NCBI GenBank assembly: GCA_963798485.1 | Contig: CAWCTR010000008.1 | Coordinates: 96,001-160,000, forward strand | DNA length: 64,000 bases | Origin: an uncultured delta proteobacterium | Lineage (GTDB): Bacteria; Desulfobacterota; Desulfomonilia; UBA1062 | Direction of reading: 5' to 3' | Shown: piece after piece, positions 30,111-40,294 of the stretch | How positions within the stretch are numbered: position 1 is the first letter of the stretch | Layout: every line of letters starts with the position of its first letter | Program-made: the position numbers and the translations under genes | The notes under the pieces: model-generated | The model's database searches: none | What the model was told of the DNA's origin: nothing | Seen by the model: the letters and a program-made list of their open reading frames with translations, nothing else

Positions 30111-30141
30111 GGAACAAATTATCTCCTCGCTCGTTTAATCA
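30111..30141 (+). promoter_or_regulatory. ECF-type promoter GGAAC-N16-CGTTTAATCA (copy 1)
   Basis: Same motif and spacing at 34575-34604. Confidence 0.7.
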
Positions 30142-30177
30142 TATGAAACAGGATGAACAATAGAGAGGAGAAAGTTC

Positions 30178-31530
30178 ATGCGTTCCACGTCAAAAGGCAT
30201 TGGTTATATTGTTTGTGTCGTCTGCGCTTTCCTTATTCTTCTCTCGGATGAATCCGTAGGAGCGCAGGAGGTAAACTACCAGGCACTTTCCCTGGAAGAC
30301 TGTCTGGCCCTTGCTCAGCAGAATAACCCGATTCTCGGCGCAAGCAGGGAGAAGGTCCGGGAACTGGAGGCCGACTATCAGGCGGCACGGTCGAAGTTCT
30401 TCCCGAGGCTGGCCTTGTCGTCTTACTTTGAACGGCTTGCCCCGGGCCGTCTGTCACCTGGCGGAGCTTCTGCAAACGTACCATTGTTTGGCCTTGAAAC
30501 ATTCGGTGGTATTTCCGGCAAGCAGATCCTGTTTGACGGGATGAAAACTTATTATAACTCTCAGGCTGCCGAGCTTGGGACCCAGGCGCAGAAGCAGGAA
30601 GTCCAAAGAACCTCGGACGAGGTGACCTTTACGGTGACCGAGGCCTATTGTCGTCTGATGGAGGCCAAAGAGGATGTGAAGGTTGCCGGGGATGCCTTGA
30701 AGCAACGACAGGATTTTGCACTACTTACCCGGGCTTTTTTCAAAGCCGGTAAAGTGACCCATCTTGATTCCTTGCGAGCTCAGTCGCAGGTTGCTGATGC
30801 AGAGCAGGCAAATGTCGAGGCGGAAAACGCAGTCCGCATCGCTCGGGAAATCCTGATCCGGGTCCTGGGGCTCAAAGAGCACGTGGAAGTGGATATCCAG
30901 GGGCAATTGCCCCAGCAGGCGGTTCAGGCCGGGAACGTCGAAAACTTGTGGCAGGAGGCTTTACAACACAATCCTGAAATCAAGTCGCTCGATCTGGAAA
31001 TAGAGCAAAGCCGGACCTCGGTTAAAGCAGCACAAGGCGGGTATTTCCCGGAGCTCAGCCTGCAGGGAAGCACTGGGGTGCGCCACCGGGACATCGGCGG
31101 CTCCGAGCCGGAATGGCTGGCCGGAGTTTTTGTGGATTATCCCCTTTTTGAAGGAGGCGTGACCAAGGCCCAGATAGCCAAGGCTTCCTCCCAGAACCTG
31201 CAGCTTCTGGAGAAAAAAAGGGACCGGCTTGGCAGCCTCAAGGTGGACCTCGCAGCAGCATGGAAGGATCAGGAGACTGCCCGCCAGGGAATGATTGCTA
31301 CCAGGCAGATTGTGACAGCGAATGAAGAGGCTTATGCGAGCGCAGAGAGTCTCTATCGATACGGCAAGGTAACCGGCCTCGATGTGCTTCAGGCCCAGGT
31401 TGATCTGACCACATCGCGTTTCAGGATGATACAATACCATGTTTCTTACAAAATTGCCCTTGCACGGATCAAACAGATCATAGGCTCCGGTCCTTCGGTC
31501 CCTTCCCAACAAAGTCATATCGGGGGTTAA
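30178..31530 (+). CDS. TolC-family outer-membrane efflux protein
   Basis: Signal peptide, LSLEDCLALA..NNP, FFPRL, YFPELSL, DVLQAQ. Confidence 0.9.
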   Translation: MRSTSKGIGYIVCVVCAFLILLSDESVGAQEVNYQALSLEDCLALAQQNNPILGASREKVRELEADYQAARSKFFPRLALSSYFERLAPGRLSPGGASANVPLFGLETFGGISGKQILFDGMKTYYNSQAAELGTQAQKQEVQRTSDEVTFTVTEAYCRLMEAKEDVKVAGDALKQRQDFALLTRAFFKAGKVTHLDSLRAQSQVADAEQANVEAENAVRIAREILIRVLGLKEHVEVDIQGQLPQQAVQAGNVENLWQEALQHNPEIKSLDLEIEQSRTSVKAAQGGYFPELSLQGSTGVRHRDIGGSEPEWLAGVFVDYPLFEGGVTKAQIAKASSQNLQLLEKKRDRLGSLKVDLAAAWKDQETARQGMIATRQIVTANEEAYASAESLYRYGKVTGLDVLQAQVDLTTSRFRMIQYHVSYKIALARIKQIIGSGPSVPSQQSHIGG

Positions 31531-31534
31531 AATA

Positions 31535-32686
31535 ATGAGATTACCAAGGAGGAATAAATCCATAGGGATTGCCATAGGGGTCGCATTACTGGTTTTGCTG
31601 GGATATCGTTTTTTCTGGTATCGTCCGCCGGTGGCAGTAGTAACTGTCGATATGGCAGAGATTCACGGGAAAGTCCACGGACCGGGAACGGTTCAATCCA
31701 GGGTGTCCGTGACAGTAAGCACAAAAATTACCGGTATCCTTGAGAAACTTCATGCAGATCAGGGCGACAGGGTGCAAAAAGGTCAACTCCTAGCTGTACT
31801 TGATGCTGTGGAACTGAAAGCACGGAAAGAAGCGGCCAATGCAGCCAAAGGCCGGACGGAACGTGATCTGGCAAAGGCCCGGGCTGATTTGATAAGGACC
31901 CAGGCCAACTTGAGCCTGGCGCAAAGCAATTATCGCAGGGATCTGGAGGTATTTAAACCCGGTTATATCTCCCAGGCCGCCTTCGACACCACAAAAGCAG
32001 CGCTGAAGATTGCCGAGAGTGAAGTAGACGCCGGTCAGGCCACCGTGAAGGCCCTGCAGGCTGCGGTCAATCAGGCGGAATCGGAAACCCGTGCAGCTGA
32101 TGCGCTTCTCGGCTATACCCGCATCTATGCCCCCATGGACGGCCTGATCACGGTGCGCAAGGCGGAAACAGGGAGCACGGTTGCTCCGGGGACTGCCATC
32201 TTTCAAATGGTTGACCTGAACCAAATCTGGACAGCCTCATGGATCGATGAAACCAAGATAAGCGGGCTCCGTTTGGGACAGAAGGCTACAATCCGATTGC
32301 GCTCAGGATGTATGTACCAAGGGGAGGTGGCACGCATAAACAGAGAAGCCGATACCGTAACACGTGAACTGGAGGTCGATGTGAAATTTTACAAGCTTCC
32401 CGAGCCCCTGGTCATCGGTGAAGAGACTGAGGTCGATATCGAAACCGGCTCTCAATCTGCTCTTGCCGTCCCATTATCCGCCATCATGGAACAAAGTGGC
32501 GTAAAAGGTGTGTTCGTAGTTTCCATCGGGCGTACCGGTTTTCAGAAAGCCAGCCTGGGGATACATGACGACCGAGTGACTACCGTTCTCTCCGGCCTTA
32601 AGAAAGGTGACCTGGTGGTTCTTAATCCTCTAGGGATCAAGCCGGGTATGCGAGTTCGGCCTGAGATTAACAGCTACGGAAGGTGA
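31535..32686 (+). CDS. Efflux periplasmic adaptor (MFP)
   Basis: DQGDRVQKGQLLA lipoyl half-motif, coiled coil, IYAPMDG. Confidence 0.9.
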   Translation: MRLPRRNKSIGIAIGVALLVLLGYRFFWYRPPVAVVTVDMAEIHGKVHGPGTVQSRVSVTVSTKITGILEKLHADQGDRVQKGQLLAVLDAVELKARKEAANAAKGRTERDLAKARADLIRTQANLSLAQSNYRRDLEVFKPGYISQAAFDTTKAALKIAESEVDAGQATVKALQAAVNQAESETRAADALLGYTRIYAPMDGLITVRKAETGSTVAPGTAIFQMVDLNQIWTASWIDETKISGLRLGQKATIRLRSGCMYQGEVARINREADTVTRELEVDVKFYKLPEPLVIGEETEVDIETGSQSALAVPLSAIMEQSGVKGVFVVSIGRTGFQKASLGIHDDRVTTVLSGLKKGDLVVLNPLGIKPGMRVRPEINSYGR

Positions 32687-32689
32687 TGA

Positions 32690-33889
32690 ATGGACCTGGC
32701 ATTCTATGATCTCAAGCTTCATAAAGGCCGTTTCATCGCCACCATTATCGGCGTAGGACTCCTGTTTACCATCGTTCTGGCCATGAACGGTCTCTATCGC
32801 GGCAATATCTATGAAGGCCTGGCAATCATCAACAGCACCAATCCCGACCTCTGGGTGGTGGAACGTTACAAAGGAGGGCCTTTCAACGAACAGTCCACCA
32901 TGCCCGAATTTTTCCATTACAGCATACGGGCTATACCCGGAGTGGAGAAGGCAGGTCCCTTCATCTACTACAGTGTGGAAAGACCGGTGAAAGGAACCAG
33001 TATGCATTTCGGTATCATCGGCTATGACGTCTTCGGCGGCCTGGGTGGACCGAAGAATATCTATGCAGGAAGGAATATCGAGCATGCCCATTATGAAATG
33101 GTTGCCCATCCCAACCTGGGGGTACACCTTGGGGACAAGATTACTTTGGGGCTTCACACCTATACCGTGGTGGGCCTGACTAAGGAGGCCGTTTCCACGG
33201 ATGGTGAGCCGTTAATCTATTTATCTCTGCCGGATGCCCAGGAAGTGCTCTTTCAGAAAGACAACGAAGAGGTGCGCAACCAACGTGAGCGGTTGCTTAA
33301 TACTCTTTCCGGACAGGACTCCTTAACTCCTGCAGAGGCGGAAAAGCTCCTTCCCAAGCTGGAGCCGGATACCCATACCATCAATGCCGTCCTCGTGAAA
33401 CTGAAACCCGGGGTGAGTCGCGCCGAAACAGCAGACAGGATCGAGAGGTGGCTTTATTTCTCCGTCTTCACCACGCAGGAGGAGATCCAGCTTATGCTGA
33501 AAGGACGACTGGCGGGAATGACCAAGCAGCTCCTGCTCTTCAGGACCCTCCTGCTGATCATTTCCGTGGTTATCATCACCCTGGTGATCTACACGTTTAC
33601 CATGGAAAAGATCCGCAGTATCGCAGTCCTGAAGCTTATTGGTGCTCCGAACCGGGATATTGTCCGGCTTGTGTTGGAGCAATCTCTCCTGCTGACGATC
33701 AGCTCTTATATATTCGGCCTGGTCCTGATACAGGGCACGTACAACCTCTTTCCAAAAACTATACTGCGAGTGCCGGGAGATGATCTCCTTACCTTTGCCG
33801 TAGCGGTTTTTGGAGGAATTCTTGCCAGTATCCTGGGCTTATGGCAGGCCTTGAAAACCCAGCCAGCGATGGCCCTTGGAGGGAATTGA
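32690..33889 (+). CDS. MacB/FtsX-type ABC permease
   Basis: N-terminal TM, periplasmic domain, EKIRSIAVLKLIGA. Confidence 0.88.
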   Translation: MDLAFYDLKLHKGRFIATIIGVGLLFTIVLAMNGLYRGNIYEGLAIINSTNPDLWVVERYKGGPFNEQSTMPEFFHYSIRAIPGVEKAGPFIYYSVERPVKGTSMHFGIIGYDVFGGLGGPKNIYAGRNIEHAHYEMVAHPNLGVHLGDKITLGLHTYTVVGLTKEAVSTDGEPLIYLSLPDAQEVLFQKDNEEVRNQRERLLNTLSGQDSLTPAEAEKLLPKLEPDTHTINAVLVKLKPGVSRAETADRIERWLYFSVFTTQEEIQLMLKGRLAGMTKQLLLFRTLLLIISVVIITLVIYTFTMEKIRSIAVLKLIGAPNRDIVRLVLEQSLLLTISSYIFGLVLIQGTYNLFPKTILRVPGDDLLTFAVAVFGGILASILGLWQALKTQPAMALGGN

Positions 33890-34572
33890 TGGAAGTCCTC
33901 AAGATTGAAAAACTGACCAAGATATTCGGCAGCGGGCATATGGAAGTACGGGCACTGGAAGATATCGATCTCTCAGTGTCTGCTGGGGATCTGACAGCCC
34001 TTCTGGGACCAAGCGGCTCGGGCAAAACTACACTGCTCCTATGCGTCAGCCTGATCCTCGACCCTACCATCGGGAATATTATCTTCGACGGCGAGCCAAT
34101 TTATCAGGACGGTTGGGCTGTTGGCGATATCCGGCTTCTGCGCCGGGAGAAAATCGGTTTTATCTTCCAGTCCCACAATCTGATCCCCTTCCTTACTGTC
34201 CGACAGAACGTGCTTCTTCCCTTAAGCCTGGTAGGTATTAAGGGAAGGGCAGCGCAGCATCGGGTGATGGAACTCCTGGAATATATGGAGATCGTTGATA
34301 GGGCCGACTATCTGCCTGCTCTGCTCTCCGGAGGTGAGCAGCAACGTGTGGCCATCGCCCGTGCCCTGGCCAATAATCCGAAACTCATCCTGGCGGATGA
34401 GCCCACTGCTGCATTGGACAGCGTGAGGGGGAAAAAAGTCATGGACCTGCTCAAAAAAATTGCTAGAGAGAATAACTCGGCAGTTATTGCGGTAACCCAC
34501 GATGTTCGGATGATCGAAGGGTTTGACCATGTCTATCATCTCAAGGACGGCCGTTTGAACAATAATAATTGA
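33889..34572 (+). CDS. ABC transporter ATP-binding protein
   Basis: [26 protein letters not shown]. Confidence 0.93.
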   Translation: MEVLKIEKLTKIFGSGHMEVRALEDIDLSVSAGDLTALLGPSGSGKTTLLLCVSLILDPTIGNIIFDGEPIYQDGWAVGDIRLLRREKIGFIFQSHNLIPFLTVRQNVLLPLSLVGIKGRAAQHRVMELLEYMEIVDRADYLPALLSGGEQQRVAIARALANNPKLILADEPTAALDSVRGKKVMDLLKKIARENNSAVIAVTHDVRMIEGFDHVYHLKDGRLNNNN

Positions 34573-34574
34573 AG

Positions 34575-34604
34575 GGAACAAAATCCGATCTCAATCGTTT
34601 AATC
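34575..34604 (+). promoter_or_regulatory. ECF-type promoter GGAAC-N16-CGTTTAATC (copy 2)
   Basis: Matches 30111-30141; precedes the anti-sigma gene. Confidence 0.7.
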
Positions 34605-34620
34605 AATATGGAGAGAAGAA

Positions 34621-35094
34621 ATGGGATGCAGACGGATAAAAAAAATGATGTCCCTGTACATCGATAACGAACTGTCACCTGTCGATAAGGAGACCTTTCT
34701 GCTTCATATAAAGAGCTGTCCTCATTGCAGTAAGGAGCTTGCGGAATCACAAGCCGTCCATCAGCTGTTCACCAAAGCTGAAAAATCTCCTGCGCCCTAT
34801 GGGTTCACGGCGCGCGTAATGGCGAACTTGGAGCAGAAAACACTACCAGAAAAAAGGATTTGGGATATCTTCGTTTTCAGGCCTTTCCTTCCCCGGTTTG
34901 CCGGAGTGGTCCTGGCCCTCGCAGTCATGGTGTTCGGGATTATTACAGGGAACCTGCTCGTAACAGGTATGGCTGTTCCTAAGAATGCCGCGACTATCGA
35001 ACAGGTATTCTCTCTCGATGTGTTTCAGGCAAACCCTCCTGGGACCCTTGAGGGTGCTTATGCCACCATAATGGAGGTGGACAATGAAGGGTAA
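34621..35094 (+). CDS. Zinc-binding anti-sigma factor (zf-HC2/ZAS) with TM helix
   Basis: C..YIDNEL..HIKSCPHC (HxxxCxxC). Confidence 0.88.
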   Translation: MGCRRIKKMMSLYIDNELSPVDKETFLLHIKSCPHCSKELAESQAVHQLFTKAEKSPAPYGFTARVMANLEQKTLPEKRIWDIFVFRPFLPRFAGVVLALAVMVFGIITGNLLVTGMAVPKNAATIEQVFSLDVFQANPPGTLEGAYATIMEVDNEG

Positions 35095-35569
35095 TACGCT
35101 GAAGTTCATACTTGTTATCTCTCTTATTCTGAACCTTTCAGTCTTCATTTCAGCAGGGATTGTCTATTACAGACATCACACAGGCAATTATGCACCACCC
35201 TTTGTATGTGATTTCCAGAAAGGAAACAGGTTTATCTTTGATAAACTAGACCTCAAACCTGAACAGATGAGCATATTCAGGGATAAGGCATTACCCTTTC
35301 GCACTAAAATTATTGAGAAGAGACATGAGATACTTCAGAAGAGATCGGCTCTCCTTGAACTCATGCGAGCAGAAATGCCCGATAAACCTGCAATCGATGC
35401 AGCCATAATTGATATCAACAGGATGCAGGGGGATATGCAGAGGATGGTCATCAGCCACATGCTCGAAATGAAGGCTATGCTCAACAAGGATCAGCAGAAA
35501 AGGTTTTTTCATCTAATAGAAAAAACCATGGGTTCAAACATAGATATGCCAATGCCGATGATCCGATAA
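35084..35569 (+). CDS. Periplasmic Spy/CpxP/ZraP-like heavy-metal sensor
   Basis: SLILNL signal, LDLKPEQ and MLNKDQQKRF (LTxxQ-like) motifs. Confidence 0.8.
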   Translation: MKGNTLKFILVISLILNLSVFISAGIVYYRHHTGNYAPPFVCDFQKGNRFIFDKLDLKPEQMSIFRDKALPFRTKIIEKRHEILQKRSALLELMRAEMPDKPAIDAAIIDINRMQGDMQRMVISHMLEMKAMLNKDQQKRFFHLIEKTMGSNIDMPMPMIR

Positions 35570-35584
35570 TCCTGGAGATAAATA

Positions 35585-35866
35585 ATGAACTTGCACTATT
35601 TTGTAAATGAGCTCTACTACCATAAGAGAAGAACACTGACTGCAATCATCGGCCTCTCGATAGGTATTGAGCTCTTAATTGTCATAAATGCCCTTTCCTT
35701 GGCCTACCACGATGCGGCACGTGCACCATTGAAAGAGATCGGGGCTGATATAACGGTCCAACGTTCAGGGAATGTTCCCAAAGAACTTATAGGTCCTGTT
35801 TTTCCGTGTTCAGCCATCACTATAAACAATGATGAGGTTAAGAAGATTGCAGAACTTATATCATAG
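35585..35866 (+). pseudogene. Truncated ABC permease (N-terminal 93 aa only)
   Basis: RRTLTAIIGLSIG..IGADITVQ permease N-terminus ends abruptly in AT-rich DNA. Confidence 0.7.
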
Positions 35867-35975
35867 CTCCCATAAGTTATTTCTAAGATCAAATTTATAC
35901 TTTTCCAGTTTTTTATCTACGTAGAAAATGTCAACCAATGTACCTATTGACAACATAAAGTAGCCGATATATATA

Positions 35976-35990
35976 GTTAACAGTATGAAC
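35976..35990. promoter_or_regulatory. Probable MarR operator GTTAACAGTATGAAC overlapping the marR start
   Basis: 14/15 match to the reverse complement of 36507-36521; TTGACA at 35947. Confidence 0.7.
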
Positions 35991-36467
35991 AAGATGGCAG
36001 CACACAAGAGCGATATCTTTCTCGGCAATCAGACTCTGAGACTCCGGAATCTCATTACAGAGATGAACAACTGCTGCGAAGACCGGCATCTTATCGAGAA
36101 GAAGAAGTTCTCGCTCCCCATTGCGGAGATGAAGTGTATAGTCCTCTTCAAGGAGGAGAAGTACCTGACCGTCAAAGGCATCGCCGCAAAGCTGGATGTA
36201 GCCAAAAGCCGGGTGACGAAGCTCGTCGACAATCTCTCCAGGAAGGGTCTGGTGAACAAGATCGAAGACCCCGAAGACGCCAGGATAAAGCTTATCAGTC
36301 TCTCTCCGAAGGGGAAGGTGCTTGTGGAAGAGATCCAAGAGTTCCAGGAGCAGCTGTACGAGGAGATCCTCACCCTGTTCGACGAGAAGGAGAGGGCGAG
36401 CATCCTTTCGAATCTCGAAACATTGAGATCGGCCATGGAAGTCGTCAAGAATAAACATGAGTTGTAA
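35985..36467 (+). CDS. MarR-family regulator
   Basis: KGIAAKLDVAKSRVTKLVDNL..KGLV..DPEDAR..LSPKG; CC pair and a further Cys. Confidence 0.9.
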   Translation: MNKMAAHKSDIFLGNQTLRLRNLITEMNNCCEDRHLIEKKKFSLPIAEMKCIVLFKEEKYLTVKGIAAKLDVAKSRVTKLVDNLSRKGLVNKIEDPEDARIKLISLSPKGKVLVEEIQEFQEQLYEEILTLFDEKERASILSNLETLRSAMEVVKNKHEL

Positions 36468-36495
36468 AAAAGCACCTCACGGGAGGTGTTTTTTT
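36466..36495 (+). terminator. Intrinsic terminator after marR
   Basis: AGCACCTC-ACGG-GAGGTGTT stem followed by a T tract. Confidence 0.75.
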
Positions 36496-36506
36496 AACAA
36501 ATAATA

Positions 36507-36521
36507 GTTCACACTGTTAAC
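36507..36521. promoter_or_regulatory. Probable MarR operator GTTCACACTGTTAAC upstream of psrA
   Basis: Inverted copy of 35976-35990. Confidence 0.7.
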
Positions 36522-36542
36522 GATATAGCAAAGGAGGGGTTC

Positions 36543-38753
36543 ATGGCAAAGTTCACGAGAAGAGAGTTCATAAAGATCTCCAGTGGGGCATTGCTCGGTG
36601 TTGCCGGTACAAGCATCCTCCCCGGTTTGAACCTACTCCATGCGGATTCCATACCTGATCCGGGGACCACGGCTGACAGGATTGTACCAAGTTATTGCGG
36701 TCTCTGCTTCTGGAATTGTGGGATACTGGTCCATGTCAAGGACGAGAAGATCATCAAGATAACCGGTAATCCGAGGCACCCTTTATCGAATGGAAAGCTC
36801 TGCCCCAGGGGGGCCGGGGGCACCGGACTTGTCTATGACCCTGATCGGCTAAGGAAGCCCCTGATACGGAAAGAGGAACGATCAAGGCAGGTCTTTAAGG
36901 AAGTAGGGTGGAACGAGGCCCTGGACTATACGGCGGAAAAGATGCTGGCCATAAAGAGCAAATATGGACCCGAGGCCTTCGCCCTCCTTACCCACGGCTC
37001 GGGTGGAGTATGGCTGAGACAGCTTCTCACCTCGTACGGCACGGCTAATATCGGAGTGCCCAGTTATGCGCTGTGCAGGGGTCCGGTTGAGACCGGTTTT
37101 TTCCTTACCTTCGGTGCCAGTCCGCCTGAAGTGGAAAACACCGACATGAGAAACGCCAGGTGCATCACTCTCATCGGAACACATCTCGGTGAAAACATGC
37201 ACAACACCCAGGTTCAGGATTTCTCCCAGGCCATCGGAAACGGCGCACAGCTAATTGTCGTCGACCCCCGTTATTCGGTTGCTGCGTCAAAGGCACGATA
37301 CTGGCTCCCCATAAAGCCGGGAACCGATACGGCCCTGCTCCTTGCCTGGATGAACGTCATCATTGAAGAGAAGCTGTACGATGCAGAGTATATCGGGAAA
37401 TACGCGACAGGCTTTGAAGAGCTGAAAAAACATGTGGCGGATAAAAACCCGGAATGGGCCTATACCAGGACAGGCATAACCCCGGCAATCATCCGAGAGA
37501 CCGCCCGGCTCATGGCTGCATACAAACCCGCATCCTTCATCCACTGCGGCAGGCGCACGACCTGGTATGGAGACGATACGCAGCGCCTGCGGGCTATTGC
37601 GATGCTCAATGCACTGCTGGGTGCCTGGGGACGTAAGGGCGGTTATTATCTGCCGGCTGAGATGGAACTTCCCCCGTACCCGTATCTCAAGAAAAGCGAC
37701 TACAAACCTAAAGCCCCTGTCGATCAGCCTAAAAATACTGCGTATCCTTTCGCTGAATCGATCCTGGCAACAGGCCTCAGAGACGCAAGCATCCCGGGGA
37801 CCGCAACCTACGATATCCATGGGTGGATGGTATACGGCTCCAACCCGATCAATTCATTCACACAGCCGAAGAAGACCTATGATGCGATACAGCATCTGGA
37901 TTTCATCGTCACCATAGACAACCTGCCAGTCGAGATAGCAGGCTGGTCCGATGTGATCCTTCCAGAATGCACCTACCTCGAACGTTATGATGACTTGAAC
38001 AGCGCACCCTTCAGGGTACCTTTCGCGGCAATGAGGCAGAAGGCTATCGAGCCCATGTATGATTCGAAGCCGGCCTGGTGGATAGCCAAGCAACTGGCGG
38101 CCAGGCTCGGGCTGGAAGACTATTTCCCATGGAAGGATGCTGAAGAATACCTGAGAGTACGGGTGAAGAACGCAGGTCTTGACTGGGAAACTCTGAAGAA
38201 GAACGGGGTGATCGTTGGGAAGGAGCAGCCCATCTATATCGAAGACGGCATAGTGCCGACCTTCGATACCCCATCCAAAAAGATAGAGCTGTACTCCGCA
38301 CAACTGAAGGCAGCAGGGTTCGATCCCATGCCCGAATACAAACCGGTGCAAGACCCTCCCGAGGGAATGTTCAGGCTCCTCACCGGAAGATCCCCCGTCC
38401 ATTCGTTCGGGAGAACAACAAACAACCGCCTGCTGGGGGACTGTTACCCGGAAAATGAGGTGTGGGTTAACGATAATGTCTGTGATGAGTTGGGTATCAA
38501 GGAGAAGCAGAAGGTCGTACTGGTGAATGCCGAAGGGGTCAAGAGCATCCCGGTGAAGGTCAAAAAGACCCAAAGGATCAGGCCCGACTGCGTGTTCCTT
38601 GTTCACGGCTTCGGACACAGGCAGAAGAAAATGGAATTCGCCTACAACAAGGGTGCCGACGACACGGAGCAGATGAACAATGACAAGACCGATCCCCTCA
38701 TCGGGTCGAAGGCCCTGAACGTAAACTTTGTCAAGATCGAACAAGAGGTGTGA
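36543..38753 (+). CDS. Molybdopterin oxidoreductase catalytic subunit, PsrA/PhsA/SrrA clade
   Basis: Tat signal TRREFIK, CGLCFWNCG..KLCPRG FeS motif, PSYALCRGP Cys ligand region, HSFGRT. Confidence 0.9.
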   Translation: MAKFTRREFIKISSGALLGVAGTSILPGLNLLHADSIPDPGTTADRIVPSYCGLCFWNCGILVHVKDEKIIKITGNPRHPLSNGKLCPRGAGGTGLVYDPDRLRKPLIRKEERSRQVFKEVGWNEALDYTAEKMLAIKSKYGPEAFALLTHGSGGVWLRQLLTSYGTANIGVPSYALCRGPVETGFFLTFGASPPEVENTDMRNARCITLIGTHLGENMHNTQVQDFSQAIGNGAQLIVVDPRYSVAASKARYWLPIKPGTDTALLLAWMNVIIEEKLYDAEYIGKYATGFEELKKHVADKNPEWAYTRTGITPAIIRETARLMAAYKPASFIHCGRRTTWYGDDTQRLRAIAMLNALLGAWGRKGGYYLPAEMELPPYPYLKKSDYKPKAPVDQPKNTAYPFAESILATGLRDASIPGTATYDIHGWMVYGSNPINSFTQPKKTYDAIQHLDFIVTIDNLPVEIAGWSDVILPECTYLERYDDLNSAPFRVPFAAMRQKAIEPMYDSKPAWWIAKQLAARLGLEDYFPWKDAEEYLRVRVKNAGLDWETLKKNGVIVGKEQPIYIEDGIVPTFDTPSKKIELYSAQLKAAGFDPMPEYKPVQDPPEGMFRLLTGRSPVHSFGRTTNNRLLGDCYPENEVWVNDNVCDELGIKEKQKVVLVNAEGVKSIPVKVKKTQRIRPDCVFLVHGFGHRQKKMEFAYNKGADDTEQMNNDKTDPLIGSKALNVNFVKIEQEV

Positions 38754-38754
38754 T

Positions 38755-39297
38755 ATGAGCCGGAAACGATATGTCATGGCCATGGATACGATAAAATGCG
38801 TCGGCTGCAATGCCTGTGTCATAGCATGCAAGAACGAGAACAAGGTCCCGCTCAATCATTTCAGGGACTGGGTGGAGCAAGAGCTCAGCGGAGACTATCC
38901 CCATCTCTTCATGGAGATCCGCTCCCAGCGCTGCAACCATTGTTCGGATGCACCGTGCGTGAAGGTGTGCCCTACGGGAGCGAGCTGGATAACCAAGGAA
39001 GGCATTGTGCTGGTGGACAAAAATAAGTGCATCGGCTGCAAGGCCTGTATCGCCGCCTGTCCCTATGGAGCAAGGTATGTACACCCCAAGGGGTATGTGG
39101 ACAAGTGCACGTTCTGCGTCCATCGCATCAAGAAATCTCTCGAACCTGCATGTGTCGAAATATGTCCTACCTCCAGCCTTACCTTCGGAGACTTGAACGA
39201 TCCTGCCAGCGAGGTATCCAAGCTCCTGGCGTCACGGAAGAACAAGGTGGAAAAACCCGAGGCCGGGTGCAAACCCAATCTCTATTTCCTGGTATAA
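38755..39297 (+). CDS. 4Fe-4S dicluster subunit (PsrB/NrfC-like)
   Basis: Four Cys motifs: CVGCNACVIAC, CNHC..PCVKVCP, CIGCKACIAACP, CTFC..PACVEICP. Confidence 0.92.
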   Translation: MSRKRYVMAMDTIKCVGCNACVIACKNENKVPLNHFRDWVEQELSGDYPHLFMEIRSQRCNHCSDAPCVKVCPTGASWITKEGIVLVDKNKCIGCKACIAACPYGARYVHPKGYVDKCTFCVHRIKKSLEPACVEICPTSSLTFGDLNDPASEVSKLLASRKNKVEKPEAGCKPNLYFLV

Positions 39298-39309
39298 GGA
39301 GGGCACGGC

Positions 39310-40266
39310 ATGAATACTATCGAGCTTATGACGACAAGGGCCAATCCGGGCATCGATCCGGTGCTGCTTATCTGGGGATGGCAGATACCCGTTTACCTCT
39401 TCCTCGGGGGGCTGGTGGCCGGATTGATGATCATAGCATCCCTGCAGGAATGGAGATTTAGGGATAAGTGGGAGCCCAGGCTCTCGAAGATCATCCCGAT
39501 TCTTGCCATGGCTCTGCTAACCCTGGGCATGCTTGCCCTGTATCTCGATCTGGAGATCAGGGGACTCAAGCTGAACGTTATCAGGCTCTACATGACTTTC
39601 AAACCGGCTTCTCCTATTTCCTGGGGGGCGTGGATACTGATGATTACCTATCCCTGCCTGGCATTATGGCTCATCGGCAGCCTCTCTTCCCAGGGGCTAG
39701 AACGTTTTACGGCCAAAGCCCGTTTCCTGAGATTCCTTACACCGCTTCATAGATGGGCATCAAGGGTGAAAGAGAAGGTGCTTGCGGTGAACATCATTGT
39801 AGGTATAGCACTGGGTATCTATACCGGCATCTTCCTGAGCGGCATGGTATCACGCCCCGTATGGCATTCAGGTCTCCTGGGGCCGCTGTTTCTGATCTCC
39901 GGCATGTCCACGGGTGCGGCGCTCCTGGCCTTGTTCAAGGTTAATCACGATCTGCAGCAGGCGTTCATCAAGTGGGACATATTCGCCCTTATCACCGAGT
40001 CGGGTATCCTCGCACTGTTCTTCCTGGATAACATCACCGGAACGGCACTCCAGAAGAGTGTTGCAGGTCTCTTTCTCGGCGGTCCCTATTCCGGCGCCTT
40101 CTTCGGGCTGGTAGTGCTGGGAGGAATCCTTGCTCCGCTCCTCATCGAGTGGGCGGACCTGAAGGGAAAGGCCAAGGCCCCTTTTCTCGTTCCGGTGTTG
40201 GTGCTCACAGGAGGTCTGGCGTTGAGGTTTGTCATGGTCTCCGCCGGCCAGGCACTCGGGTTTTAA
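39310..40266 (+). CDS. NrfD/PsrC membrane anchor
   Basis: WGWQIPVYLFLGG, SPISWGAW, YTGIFL..RPVW, LALRF. Confidence 0.9.
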   Translation: MNTIELMTTRANPGIDPVLLIWGWQIPVYLFLGGLVAGLMIIASLQEWRFRDKWEPRLSKIIPILAMALLTLGMLALYLDLEIRGLKLNVIRLYMTFKPASPISWGAWILMITYPCLALWLIGSLSSQGLERFTAKARFLRFLTPLHRWASRVKEKVLAVNIIVGIALGIYTGIFLSGMVSRPVWHSGLLGPLFLISGMSTGAALLALFKVNHDLQQAFIKWDIFALITESGILALFFLDNITGTALQKSVAGLFLGGPYSGAFFGLVVLGGILAPLLIEWADLKGKAKAPFLVPVLVLTGGLALRFVMVSAGQALGF

Positions 40267-40294
40267 TCTCTATCAGGATCTTACGGAGGGAACT

